In this document: positions 42,097 to 55,214 of the stretch, in pieces
Position numbering within the stretch: the first letter of the stretch is position 1
Layout of the letters: every line of letters begins with the position of its first letter
Source: the human T2T-CHM13v2.0 reference genome, Homo sapiens
Reading direction: 5' to 3' (one strand)
DNA length: 64,000 bases
Assembly (NCBI RefSeq): GCF_009914755.1
Contig: NC_060934.1
The notes under the pieces: generated by a model
Databases searched by the model: none
What the model was told of the DNA's origin: nothing
The model's input: the letters and a program-made list of their open reading frames with translations, nothing else
Translations under genes and position numbers: made by a program

Positions 42097-42493
42097 TGCT
42101 GTGGTCTGAATGTGGGTCTTCTCTAAACGTGCTGTTGAAATGTAATCCCCAACTTTGGAGGCGGGGCCTCGTGAGAGGTGTTTGGGTCATGGGGGAGGAT
42201 CCCTTGTGGCTTGGTGCTGTCTTCATCACAGTGAATGAGTTGTCAGGAGATCTCGTCATTTAAAAGTGTGTGGCACCTTCCCTGCCCATTGCTTCTGCTC
42301 TGTCAGGTGAGACACCTGCCTTCTCTTCACCTTCTGCCATGCTTGGAAGCTTCTTGAGACCTCCCCAGAAGCAGATGTTGGCACTGTGCTTCCTGTACAG
42401 CCTGCAGAACCATGAGCCAATTAAACCTCTTGTCCTTATAAATTACCCAGTCTCAGGTATTTCTTTATAGCAATGCAAGAATGACCTAAGACA
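42097..42493 (+). mobile_element. MSTB-like MaLR solo LTR
   Basis: TGCTGTGGTCTGAATGT...CCAATTAAACCTCTT...TATAAATTACCCAGTCTCAGGTATTTCTTTATAGCAATGCAAGAATGACCTAAGACA; near-TSD GATGG/GAAGG. Confidence 0.9.
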
Positions 42494-42499
42494 GAAGGC

Positions 42500-43420
42500 T
42501 ACTCTGATAAAGTCACATTGGAACAGAAAGCTCAATAAAACAGGCTGAGCCCTGTGGATGTCTGGGCAGGGGAAAGCATGTGTGCAAAGGCCCTGAGGCA
42601 GGCTCTGCTTGGTGTGCATAAGAGCAAGGAGGCCACTGTGGCTGGGCAGCATCGGTGGGAAAGTAGGAGAAGAAGAGGGCAGGGGGTCAGCAGGGCTGGG
42701 CCAGGGCCAGGCAGGTGGGCAGTGTGAAGGCACTCACAGTGTGCAGGATGCTGTGCCTCAGCCTGAGTGGGGGTAAGGTACTGGAAAATTTTAGGCAGAA
42801 GACAAACCTAATATAATTTTTAAATGACGACTCTAATGCTTCTATGGGGAGTAGATTGGAGAAAAAAGGCCAGTTTAAAAACTACATGTATTCAATAAAT
42901 ATCTATTGAGCACCTACTCCCTGCCATGCTGGTCTAGGGCCTGAGATCATAGCAGTGAACTCAGTCAAAGAAAACCAAACCCGTCTCTTGGTGGACCCTT
43001 GCGCAATAGGCCAGGCAAGACATCAAGGTAGCTTCAACTCGGGTCTTCATGGCAGACAGCAGGAAGTGGTCGGATTCTGATAGACTTTGAAAACAGAGCC
43101 ATGATGATTTGCTAATGGATTGGAAATGTGACACAAGGACAAGAGCCCAAGTCTTTTGACCTCAGTGATTGGATAGAGAACACACCAAGAGGGCTGTGAG
43201 GACAGGACCAGCCAAGCACCTGTTTGGGCATCTTCACTTCCAGCTGCTCCTGGGTATATGATGCTGAGGGGCCTTGGACACACACGGTCTGGAGACTGAG
43301 CGGGCAGAGCTGGCATTCTGGACAGGGAGTTGTTAGCACACAATGGTATCCCGAGCTATAGCACCATGTGAAATCACCTAAGGCATGAACCGAGGTGGAG
43401 AACGGACGAGGTTCCAGGAC
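42500..43420 (-). mobile_element. L2 fragments
   Basis: TGTGCAAAGGCCCTGAGGCAGG and ATTCAATAAATATCTATTGAGCACCTAC. Confidence 0.6.
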
Positions 43421-45109
43421 AGGGGCTGAGTGGCCACCACCCAGGGACAGTCTGGATTGTGAGAAAGAGAAGCAGAGCTTCAGGAGAAGGCCCAGGAGAG
43501 AGGGGTACCCTGGAGGCCGAGAGCAGAGAGGGATAAGGGAAGGAAGGAGTGGCGCGGGGCTGGAGATGAGTGTGGCAGAGAATGGATAAGGAAGCCTGGA
43601 GACTGAGCACGGGTTTCACAATGTGGAAAGGTGTGCATGAACCCGACAAGAACAGTTGGGGTCATCTTTTATTAACACCTAAAGTATCTGCATGAAAGAA
43701 TGCCCGGAAGGCCCTGTGGAGCCCAGCAGGGAATGGCCTCCCTCGTGCTCCCTCCCACATGTGTATGGGAGCCACATTCAGAAAGAGCGGCCACCACCCC
43801 TCCAGGTGCCGACCCGGGACACCACGTGATTATTTGCTGCGGTCCCTGAGTGGGGAAAGCGCCAGATCACATCTGGGGCCATAGTTCCTGATGGTTGTCA
43901 ATGCTGGCAGTTTATGAGCCAGTGTCCAGTTGCTCCTCGCAGAAGTTAGATGCACCAACAGCAGATGCTCCTGGCTAAATCATGCAATCTCATTTTATGA
44001 ATAGCTCTGTAACCATCTGCATCCTGATTCTCACCTGAGTGCACCAGGTGGACAGGTGAGTGAGAAGCTGAGAGAGACAGGGGGGAAAGAGCCACACTCC
44101 AGGTTGTGAGCAGCCACAGGTCAGCCGCATGGGGCAGGGTCAGCAACCTAATAAAGTTCTTCCAAATCTGACAGATGGTGGGAGGGGACACTTCTTTCCT
44201 GAAGTACAATCCTTTCAAAGCCTTTTAAATTCAGCTGCTACAATACGTGGCAGCCTCTTTTTTCTGTCTAATGAATTTGTAAAACTGCTTGGATACAAGC
44301 AAACTGGCAAATATCCACCCATAAGCCACTGAGTGACTGAAGGCCAGCCAGAGCCAAGGACCAGGAATGAGGGAGACAGGGAGGCGGGGAGAGCTGGCGA
44401 TCCCGGCTGCCTCCCAAGACAGCTCCCTCTCCAGAACAATGTTGTCTCCAAGACCAATAAAACCAATAGACAGCGGGGACCAAGCATGGCCTCCTGGACT
44501 GGAGACAGGGACGGGAGTGTGGAGCTGGACACTTCAGAGGCCTGAAGCCTGGTGAAATGGCAGAAGGCCCTCCACAACTGAAGCTGGTGACGTGTCCTCC
44601 AGACAGCAGCAGACGCCAGGCACGAAGCACACAGCAGCCCCTCGTGCTCTGCTGTTTCAAGGCCTTGGACCCAGCCGTCTGTGGTGTAGATGCAGCCGGG
44701 TGTCTTCTGCACTGGGACTGAGTAGCTAGAGAGAAAGAGGGCCGTGTGGGTGTTCCTATCTATGCTGAATTCTTCCAGCAGAACACAGAGTAGCTCCTCC
44801 AATAATTTTTGGAAAACTTTCCTAAATCCCTAGACATACTCACAGGAAGAGGCAAATGTGGCCAAAGCTTTTGGGTTCATTAGAGGTTGAATTAGTATTT
44901 CCAGCATGGTTTCTTAGCCAAGCAAACAACAAGAAAAACAAATAAAATGCCTAGAGAAGCTTGGCGGGCAGATGGAGTCTGGAAGAAGGTGCTCGGACAT
45001 TTCAAACGCAGTTTGGTAGAGGGCCAACGAGAGCAGGGAGATTTCACTGCACGGGGCGCCAGTACCATGGGCTGCCTTTAGCTGAAAGGAGTCATTGCTG
45101 ACAAAGCAA

Positions 45110-45110
<1 letters not shown>

Positions 45111-45152
<42 letters not shown>
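45111..45152. repeat. (TG)21 microsatellite
   Basis: Direct reading. Confidence 0.95.
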
Positions 45153-45157
<5 letters not shown>

Positions 45158-46512
45158 CAGAGAGCACATGGGTGAGGGTGTGTGTGTAAAAGTATCAAAG
45201 ATTTTTAATTTGGGGGGTGGTGTGGGGACCACAGACGTCTTTAAAATTCGGTTAATACTGTGGATATTCTTCCAGAAAACATGCACATGCACCCAGAGGA
45301 AAAGAGTTTTGTGTTGGGCTTTGATGTTTTCACCATCAGGCCGAGAACTTCAGACCCACGATAACACGTAGAGAGCTTCCATTGGTTCTCAAAGTGCAGC
45401 AGACACGAGGCAGCAAGCAGAGCTTCAGGAAGGGCTGTGGAGATGTTTCATGGAAACCTAGGATAGGCCTCCTGCTCTTGTGGGACTTCCTGGGGGGTCT
45501 CCTTCCACTTGGAGCAGTTGGAAGGATGGCCGGACCCCAGCCCAGGCACCCAAGGGGCTGTAGACGCACTTTGTGACATCAGACGGCACTGGTGACCTGG
45601 GGCAGGCCCTGCTCTGGTGCTGGTTCTGAATCCGGCCCTTTCATCATCTCCTTCCTGATTCTGGGCGTGGGTTTACCTGAGAGAGGGAGTTTGGAGCAGC
45701 AGCAGGCAACAGCTAGAGGCAGCCTCCCCAACCACAGTCACAGGGCTATGGGATTCTCCCAGGTCCTGTGGCCACTGCTGCCTGGATGACGCTGGCTCTA
45801 GGCCACCTTTTCTCCCTGTGCTGGCCACAGGGCAGGAGGGACAACCTGCTCTGTCAGTCTGTGTCTAAGAGATGCCACTCAAAACTCACAGTTAGGCCCC
45901 GCCCCATGTTCAGCAGGGGCAGGGGGCTTGTGGGTCCCAGCCCACCAGGCCGGTCTCAGCAGCGCAGATGTGAGAGCCCTGGACACTGTTACAGGGTTGG
46001 GCCTGCGTCTCCCCTTGCTCCACCGCACAGGGCTGCAGTGCCTCGCATGTGTGTTCACAGCGGTCCACGTCGGTGCACGTCTCCAACAAACGGAAGAATT
46101 GTCACAGGAATGATGAGAATTGCAGTGGCTGTTTTTCATTTTCAACAAGGTGAGAGCTCTGCCCAGGTGAGGTGTCCTGGCTCTGAAGGAACTTGCTTGA
46201 AGGACTCATGGGCCGAGCAAGGGAGATTGCAGATCCTGTGGTCTTTAAACTTCCCCTGCCACGTCTTACGTCTTCATCCCCATCCTGCATCCCCAGCCTC
46301 TGCCTCCTCTGGGCCTGACACTGAGCCCACAGGGTGCATCCACCCAGAATTGCCGTTGAAGACTCAGCCTCCTCTTTCAAGGAAAAACTACTGTGTCTAT
46401 TTTCAGCCCTGGGTCCTTGCAGAACTTTATGGTACAATAAAAGAAAGAATTCCCAGACCCATGGGTTTCCGAGGAGCTGAGACCTTAGAGCACTAAACTC
46501 CAGCCCTGCAGG

Positions 46513-46620
46513 CCTTCCCCACCTGCCCGCCTCCTTCCCCACCTGCCCGCCTCCTTCCTCACCTGCCCGCCTCCTTCCCCACCTGCCCGCCTCCTTCCCC
46601 ACCTGCCCGCCCCCTTCCCC
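46513..46620. repeat. Minisatellite, ~5.4 x 20 bp
   Basis: Unit CTCCTTCCCCACCTGCCCGC. Confidence 0.95.
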
Positions 46621-49600
46621 CATCAGGCACTGCAGTCCAAGAGCAGAGCAGCCCTGAGTACAAATCAGAGAAGATATCGGGAATCAGAAGAAAATTAGAG
46701 AGAGTGAAAGAAATGGGCGAAATGATTGCTTCTGACCATCCCAGAAGCCAAACCATCAGAGCAAATGGGACCCAAATCCAAAATTGCAGCAAAATGAGTC
46801 CAGTTCAGGGGATTTTAGAAACAGACTTGCAGAAACACAGCTGTGTTCCGGCCCATGACCATAGCCGGGCCCTCTCAGACTCTCGTAACGACTGAAATTG
46901 GAAATGGCCAGGGCAGCGGGGAGAGCTGGAGGGGACAGGAAAGTGGACAATTTAGAGAAACTGGAGGCTGGCAGAATGCTCTGCGAGAGCTCTGAGAAGA
47001 AGAAGTACATAACCAGGTCTGCTAAAATGGGATGCCTTTTGGGAGGCCTCCCCATACCCTTCCATGATTATAAGGGAATGAGGGTGATAAGGGGGCCTGC
47101 TGAGGCTGCGGAGACGCGGGGCTAGAAAGTCTGAGTGCCCAGAAAAGCTCAGAAGGAAGCCCAGCAGGACACCCGAAGAACCCCACAATGACCACGCTGA
47201 GGACCTCAGGACAGCCCCTGTGGCAGCAATCACCCCAGCTTCCCCAGACACCAACAGCCAAAAAGCCTCCCCAGGCTTTGCTTTCCCAACCCTGAGCAGA
47301 GATGAGCAGAGGCGGCTGGGTCCTGCACTGCAGACACCCCTGCCCTCCCCTGCGCGACTCCCTGGATGGCTTCTTGCTCAGTTGGCTGCCGTCCTTCCCC
47401 ACCTGGCTGCCCACCTGGCATCTCCACCTCATCATCTTTCCCTGCCCAGATGCCCTCCTCTGGCAGAGTCTGTGGCAAAAGCCCCTGTGCCTCCCTGTTG
47501 CTGATGCTGCTATGGGCTGGGTGGAGGCTGGGGGTGGAGGCTGGGCTGCCGGGGCCGCAGGGCCACCCTTGCCTCTGCTGTGACCTGCATGTCTCACCTG
47601 AGCTCGGCCTGCTTGGCCATCCGGTGGGGCTGGCTGCACCTTTGGGCTTCTGTCTGGGTTTCAGCCCAGCACCCCCTGCCGTCCCTGCAGACAAGGAGGC
47701 TTTCCTTCCCACATGTCCCTGGTTGCATCCCAGCACCTCCTGCCCTCTGCCCTCCCTGCAGATGAGGAGGCTTTCCTTCCCACGTCTCCCTGGCTTTCCT
47801 CCAATGGCTGCTTTCTTGTTTCTTCTCATGACCACTCAAGCTCTGGAAAAGCACATTCTTTCCTCGCCCTTCCTATGGAAAAAAAACCCAAAGCCAGAGT
47901 CCCACAGGCTGAGGCCCTGAGATGGTGTAGGTGTGAAAGCACAGAGCTTCAAGGGGTCCCTAGATTGCCCAGTGTGGCCCCTCTGGCCCCGCCCATCAAC
48001 AGCTTGCAGACAAGAAGCAAAATCCCTGTCCCTGCTGGGACTCTACTGAGAGCACAATAGAAACCCTTTCAAATCCACTCTGCAGAGTTCAGTGGAGACA
48101 AAACTTGTTTGTATTTTGTTCCCCTGATCCAATCTCTTGGTATGTCTTTTTTCTTCTTCCCTGATAGCTAGTCTAAAGCTCGTAACCAAGGACCAGACTT
48201 CGTGAAGTTACAGGTCATTTAAGCCACCTGCTGGGCCAGATGGGGGAGTGAATGCCTGGAATTTGCAATCCTGATCTGCAGGTAACTTGATGGAATTATA
48301 GGCCAGCACTTACAACGGCTGTGTCCACCCTCGGGAGCAATGCATTTGGAGTCCAAGCCCAGTGACCAGAAGCTCACGGCGGAATCTTCTAGTATGGAAA
48401 ATGCAGTTCCAGCTCCCTGTGCTCTGTGGATCCCAAGGTGACGCGCTTGAACCAGATGACTTTATTGCTTCTCTTTTTCTTAAGACATTGTATCAGTAAT
48501 TATTTGGGATCTTAAACCAACAATTACCAATTACCGATAAGCGTAAAAGGCCCTCATTAGAGGAGTCAGCAGCCTGCTGGGGACAGAGCCCCTGACGGCG
48601 TGAGGCAGCACAGCAGACTTTTGGCAGCAGTGCAGAAGATGCTGGAAACGTTCTGAGAACACCGGCAGCCTGCAAAGCCTACGACAGACACTTCCAGTAA
48701 AGAGGGAAGTCCTGGCTGGGGTCTCTGTCCTTCTTCATCTTTTCTTCAGCTCCTCTGCCCTGATGTACCTGGGCTGGGCTGGACAGCTTCCTCTCTTTTC
48801 TGACCACTTCTTACCCTCCTGACCCTCCTTCTCCCCCACCGACTCCTGCCCAACCCAGGTGGCCACCTGATGCTCCATGCATTGCCTCCCTGGAGCCCCC
48901 GTTCTACCTGAGATTGTCCCCTTCCTCTTGGAGTCCATCCCAAAGATATCAGCAGCAGTACGGCTTGGGGAGAAAATGGTAGCTGCAGTAACCTGGAAAG
49001 CCAGCCTGAGAGGCACTTACATGTGAAAGAGAAGCAGGTGAGTCTCCCCATATGCAAATCTGGGTGCCAGGGAGTGGGTGGGCATGAGGGCTGTCCTAAG
49101 CCTTCCAGCCCCTTTGCCTGCTGCACCTGCTAATGTCTCCTGGGTGTCTCCTGTGTGCAGTGGGCAGGGCTAGTAAGTATTCACAGCCAACACATGTCGT
49201 CCCTAGGCAAGGAAGTTCTGAAATCTGAGCTCTTCCTTGACACACTTCTGCATTCCCTATGGAAGGTCTATGCTAAGATATTCCAGGACAGCCCTTTGGG
49301 AAGCTCTCTGACGAGCTGGGAAGATTTTCGGATATGAATGACAGCCCTGCAGGTGTGTGCCTGCAGCCAAGTTACATGTCTCTGACAAAAAGCACTGAGT
49401 CAGAGCAGTTCTCTGCTTCCTCCAAGGCCACTGAGATGTCCTGTGTCCAGCAGAGTAGCCCAGGAATGTGGACCCACTGGTGCATGTGGGTGCCTTCAAT
49501 ACAGGGCACGAGCCAGTCTGGCTAATCCCAATGCGGTCCGGTCAAGCACCTGAAGCCTGGGAAACGCAGACCTCAGGGAGACTCCCAGCCATGCAGAAGG

Positions 49601-49977
49601 CCCGCTGAGCTGAGCTGTCCAAAGACATGTTTGAAATCAGAGTTGCAAATATACTCAGGAGGAGTAAGCCCTGGATTGTTTTCTTCTGTTTTCTTAAAAT
49701 TCTCAATTCTCATCATCCACTCTGCTGGCACAATTCCTGAGTGGGCTCCCTCCCCACTGCTATAATACCCGGGCTTTGCAGTGGCCTCCAGGGTGTGTGG
49801 TGGACAGGCCCACCCCAGGCACAGGCAGTAAGGAGGGCATTCTCTGGAGAGCATCTAAAAGCAATGCCAGTGATAAAAGACTCCCACAGCCTGGCCTTGC
49901 CTTGGAACCCACCGGATCACTGCCCAGTCTCCTGTGATCCTGGGGAACAGCAGCAGGTAATGCCCCCCACTACCCCT

Positions 49978-50092
49978 CGGTGCTCTGGGAAGTTAAATTC
50001 CCTCCCTCCACTCAGGTGCTCTGGGAAGTTAAATTCCCCCAACCCTGGTGCTCTGGGAAGTTACCCGCCCCCAACCCCGGTGCTCTGGGAAG
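49978..50092. repeat. Degenerate tandem repeat, ~4 x 31-36 bp
   Basis: Core GGTGCTCTGGGAAG occurs four times with C-rich linkers. Confidence 0.8.
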
Positions 50093-50254
50093 GGGCTCAT
50101 TACAAAATCCGCGTGACTTAGATGAGGCTCACAGCTGCCTCTGTTTACCTAGGACAGGCCACATCCAGACCCTCCCCTTCCCCATGCTTTGCTGCATGAA
50201 TGACGAGCTAAACTGTATAATACTTGTCTCCACTGACCACTCTGGACAAAACGC

Positions 50255-51210
50255 CCACTAATGTGACTTAGCCAACCTTTAGTCAGGTGTGGGGATGCAC
50301 TTGGAAGCCCAGAGTTGGTATTAAAATAATTATTTTAAGCTGAAGATATTTGAGATTCAACAGATGCAGGAAGGAGCCTCATTGGAGCTCCCTTTATCTG
50401 ACTAAAAGCAGTAACTTCTGGGAAATAAAGCAGCCATACATTTCCTCTTTGGGGCAGTTCTGCTCCCAGGAGAGACAGCAAGAGTAAATCTACCAAAAAT
50501 CCTCTCTCCAGGACAGTTTCATGCCCATGGGGAAGACAGAGTGATCACTCACAGCTGCATAAACGAGCACGATTACATGCGTTTGTTCTGCCAAAAACCC
50601 ATTTGTCGTAACTAAAGAAACCTATTTGTTCTTCTCATAAAGTCTTTCTCTCTCTTATCCCTTCTCCCTGCTGAATTGGGTACCTGCACCCCAGATTCTA
50701 GCCACTGCTTTGAGTTAGTCATCACTGAGCACTCCTGCATCGATGAGCTTTGCATGTGTAAATAAACTTTCCCTCCAGTGAACCTGTCCTCTGCCAGTTT
50801 AATTTGCAGGCCCCAGACGCTAAGCTTAGAAGGGTAGACAAAACGTCATTTCCTCTCTGACACAGGCTTCTCGCCTTTCCCCAGCTCTAAGCTTTGGCCA
50901 ACTCTGGAGAATGGGAGTGTGGAACAACTTCTCACAAACAGCTACTCTGGAGAACGTTCCCTGATGAATCGTTTCGTCACACCGCACACCGCCCCTTCCT
51001 GTTTCTTCCTAGCCTTGTTTACTCCCCGCTGTAAGAAAGAGAGAATCCCTTTCTGCTTGACTTTTGGGACTCTTGCAGATCTCGTGGTCTGAGCTTCTCC
51101 TTGTTGCAGGACACCTTTCCCTGTTGCAGTAGGGGTCCTCCTCTTGCGGCAATCATCCTTCTGAATAAAAGTCTCTTTTTACCTAAGTCTGAATTTGTTT
51201 TTCTTTGGCA
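50255..51210 (+). mobile_element. ERV1 LTR (MER31/67-related) split by a MER34-like LTR
   Basis: Removing the insert restores CCAACCTTTAGTCAGGCTTCTC; 3' end CTGAATAAAAGTCTC...TTTCTTTGGCA; left boundary approximate. Confidence 0.55.
50288..50862 (+). mobile_element. MER34-like ERV1 solo LTR
   Basis: TG...CA termini, TATTTTAAGCTGAAG, AATAAACTT...TTAATTTGCAGGCCCCAG...AGGGTAGA; 4-bp TSD CAGG at 50284-50287 and 50863-50866. Confidence 0.75.
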
Positions 51211-52279
51211 ATACACAGTGCCACAGCCTGGCCTGATGGCGACCACCAGGGACCTAACAGACATGGCCGGGTGGTGCTCTCATCTGCTCTGGGTTGCCAC
51301 CGAGCGAGCAACTCGGCTGCAGTGGATGAATAACATTACACTGGAAAGAATGGGGAAGGCTCAAGACACCCCCGAGTCTAGCACAACAAGGCTGGCATAA
51401 TGTTCATTTCCCTCCTTATCATGTTGCAGACACCAGACACATTTTGACTCAACTCTACCCAACTTCGACATGAATCTTCATTAATAGGACAGCCTCAACC
51501 ATCTCGAACCCAGGAAGCAGGGAGGCGCGCGGAGCCCTGTTGATCATCCCCGGCAAACACACCGAGGTCTGCCTTCTCTGAACGCCAGCGCTTGGGTGCA
51601 GCAGAAGGGCCCCAGAATCACTACAGTTTCCACCGATATTCACCCACATCATCTTGTTTTCGATTTCCCCAGGGAAGAGGTATCTTGATTTTCTATTTCT
51701 TTCCAGTTCTCTCGTGCTTCTCACTTTAGGTGAGAAAATTCTCTCAGGGCTGAACAGAAGACTATTTGAGCACACAAGGAGTGCGGCTTTGTGAACACAT
51801 TTCCCAATTTACATTTTCAAGTTGAAGAGGCTTTTGCAAGCCCAGCCCCAAGTGCATAGCACAGACCCAAGAAAGAGAAGGGAGCTGACAGGTCAGGGCT
51901 GTCCCGCTCCTGCATCTGGGCTGCAGGCCCGAACCCCGGCAGCCTCCCCCAAGGATCCTGCGGCCCGCAGCGCCCTCTGAGTTTATCTAGCTGTCCACAG
52001 GCCACAGAGCTTGGGGAGGACATTTTAGATGTTCTGTGAGGTTAAAAATAACTCCAGAGCTATAAACAGGAGAACGGGGCAGGCTGTAAATCAAGCACAA
52101 CACAGTCATTTACTTACCCAGGACATTGTGGAGGGCACCGCCACCCCAGATCACTTGCCTTGAGAAAGATGGCTGGGGCGGCGACTGAGAGCTCCCCATG
52201 GGCCTGAGCCAGCCCCGGGAGCAGGCCTCGTGCCCATCCATTCCCAGCAGCCTCTGTGCCCTCTGCTGCCCTTGAGGTA

Positions 52280-52445
52280 TTGACAGGGTGACCTTGACAA
52301 CAGACCCAATTAACCAGAGTGATAGAATCTGGCCTTTGCAAGATTGTGGTCCTGGCCTTAATTTGCTTGCGGGGAGAAATTTTTCCTCTTCGTCTAAACA
52401 TTAAATGCAAATAAATAACATCCGATGTATTTGAAGTTTCAAAAT
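52280..52445. promoter_or_regulatory. Candidate enhancer (motif cluster in unique sequence)
   Basis: TGACAG 52281, TGACCTTGA 52289-52297, CAATTA 52307, ATGCAAAT 52405; function is inferred only. Confidence 0.3.
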
Positions 52446-53097
52446 AAAAACGTGTAACTTATGGGCTTGCTGAAGCACATATTTGAAAACAGTTTATATA
52501 TATATAGATAGATACATAGATAGATACACACAAACACATGCATAATTTTCTTCTACTCAGGAGCAAATCAGCTTTTTAATCATCTACTTTGATCTTGTAT
52601 AATAATTCTCTGGAGCTGTTTTAAATATTTGCTAATAAAGCCCATATCCCAGATAAACTACCCAAGAGGGATTTCTCATTGGTCAGCTTCAAAGGCAGGG
52701 TTAAGGACAAACTGATCTCTTCTCACTAAGAAATTCTCCAAACAGTCCTGCATAGACCACTGATACATAGGTTTCTGAAATAGTTGATATCCTTCTAGTT
52801 TGGCTATTAAAAGGCGACATGCTGCCTGCAGGTCCAGGTATTTATTGCTTTTAAAACACACTGTCCCACATATGAACCATGAAAACTTTGACCAGACCCT
52901 CCCCTATTAACGAAATCAGAGAGGCAGAAGTCTCCCTCTACCCTGTGGCAAGGATTGGGCAAGGGCTGCCTTGGGCAGTTTCTCATTTGACAGCAGCTCC
53001 TCCAGGCTGCTGGGAACAGTGCTGGAAATGGGGCCTGTGGGAAGAAAAGGCAAGGGAGGAGGCCAGGGTTTGTTGGAGGCAGGTCTGAATAAGTGGT

Positions 53098-53640
53098 TCA
53101 CCTGTGCTAAGGTCCCCACCTGTCCTAAAATCCCCACCTGTGCTGTGGTCCTGCACCTGTCCTGACTTCTCCACCTATCCTGAGCTCTCCACCTGCCCTG
53201 AGCTCCCCAACAAGCTGAGCTCCCCACCTGTCCTGAGGTCCCCACTTTTTCTGAGCTCTCCACGTACCCTAAGCTCCCCACCTGCGCTGAGCTCCCCACT
53301 TGTCCTGAGATCCCCACCTGGCCTGAGGTCCCCACCTGCTCTGAGCTCCCCACCTGCCCTGAGGCCCCCACTTGTTCTGAGCTCCCCACCTGCCCTGAAG
53401 CCCCCACCTGTTCTGAGCTCTCCACCTGTTCTGAGATCCCCACCTGTCCTGAGGTCCCCACCTGCTCTGAGCTCTCCACCTGCCCTGAGCTCCCCACCTG
53501 CCCTGAAGCCCCCAGCTGTTCTGAGCTCTCCACCTGTCCTGAGATCCCCACCTGTCCTGAGTTCCCCACCTGTTCTGAGATCCCCACCTGTGCTGTGGTC
53601 CCCACCCCTGGTGCTGCAGTCTGCACCTGTGCTGCAGGTA
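53098..53640. repeat. Minisatellite, ~28-30 x 18 bp
   Basis: Unit CCCCACCTGTCCTGAGCT with variants; edges degenerate. Confidence 0.95.
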
Positions 53641-55214
53641 TGTCCTAGTCCTGTGCAGCTGACCCCTCTGCCTGCCCCTTCCTTTAGACTGTCACCTGCC
53701 CTCCACTCCATCACAAATATGAGCACCTCTCTATCTCTGCCCTAACAATACCTCTGTATCTCATATACGGATCAACAGAAGTCCTGGAGCTTTCCTGCTG
53801 TGGCTCCCTGCCTGCCCTGCCCCATGGCGGAGTCCTGGGCTCTTCTGGACATTAAATGGGGCAGCAGCAGCTGCCATTTCTGCCAGGAGGCACTGACAGG
53901 GGTGCTTCCACTGGCTCCCTCTGGAATGAGGATGACTAGCATTGTCCTGGCTGTTCCCTTGTTCCTGCCTGTGTTCCACCCTGGTCTCTGCTGCTGTCCT
54001 GTCCTCTCAGTGCTTCCCTCCAGGTCCAGAGGCCCCTGCTTAGATGAGCCTCATTGCTGGTGGGCCAGTAGCTTTGCCCCTGGTCCCTCTCCATAGCCAA
54101 CCCTTCCCAGCTGTCACCAGTAACAATGGACCTTGCTTCTTCCCATCACAATGGGCAGCTTTGGCAGGTTAGGGCTTCGTCTTCAGCCTGGCCACTTGCC
54201 CCTGGTACATCTTGGACCATTTTCGTTTCCTCTCAGCAAATAAAAGCCCTTTCTGAGTCAGGCACTGGAGTAGCAAATGTGATGAGGGGACTCTTACTGA
54301 AGACTGAATCTACAGGTCTTTCCTTCTTCCTCTTCTGCTATTTTTTTCTTGGGTTTATTGGTCCCTGACAGATCCACTCAAAGCCCTGGAGATGAGCCTC
54401 CTCTGTGTCTCCAGCATCATTATGCTTAGGTGACAGTGAGAGCAAGCAGAACTCCATTGATCAAGACTGACGGGACATCCACATCCCATCCCGCACCCTC
54501 ATTACGTGGAGGCTGCAGCATCAGGGAAGGAGTGAAGGAGAGGACTTGCTCTTTCCTTTGCTTACGTAAAGCAAAGGGTCAGGTGCATTACATTTGCCAA
54601 GCAGCACATCCCGGTGCCTGGCACACAAGGCAGACGTTCTGTTGGTTCCCACGTGGTGGAAGCTGAGAGGGCAGGCCTGGGGCAGGCTGAACCCCCATGG
54701 CACGGGGCCAGTGTTAATCACATAGCGCTCCTGGGCTTATGGCGCTGGACTGACCCTATGGTCAGTATGGGTGCTGCGCGGAGCCAGTGACCTGAAACAC
54801 ATGCATCCTGGGGCTGCCAACAGGAATCGGCACGAAGCCTCGCAGGGCCTGGCCCAGCATGCAGGCTGTTTCCTTTTGTCATCTCCACAGCAGAAACTTC
54901 CAGGAATCCTCCAAAGGAAAGCCAACTGTTCTGCCGGCAGAGGAAATAAAGGGAAGGTAAAGAGGCCTTAGAAAGTGAAGAGTGGCATCAGAGAAGGACA
55001 GGTATGGAGAGGAAATCTGGACTCCTGCCAGCAGGCATGGGACCTGCACCACCAAGTCGGTGCAGACCCCCTGGGAAGTGGAGAACCTGGACTTTGGGTT
55101 ATAACCCAGAGTATACAAGGAGCATACGTGTGTCCATGCCTACAGGGGAGTCTCCATCTGCTCCCTCTGGAAAGAGGATGATTGAACAAATGATTGAATA
55201 AATCAATAAAGAGA

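Noticed and set aside
46640-47040. Possible CR1/L3 remnant or exon
   Set aside because: Only vague resemblance; no alignable motif or clear splice sites.
52916-53745. Pro-rich and Gly-rich ORFs on both strands
   Set aside because: Artefact of an 18-bp repeat; no splice or domain evidence.
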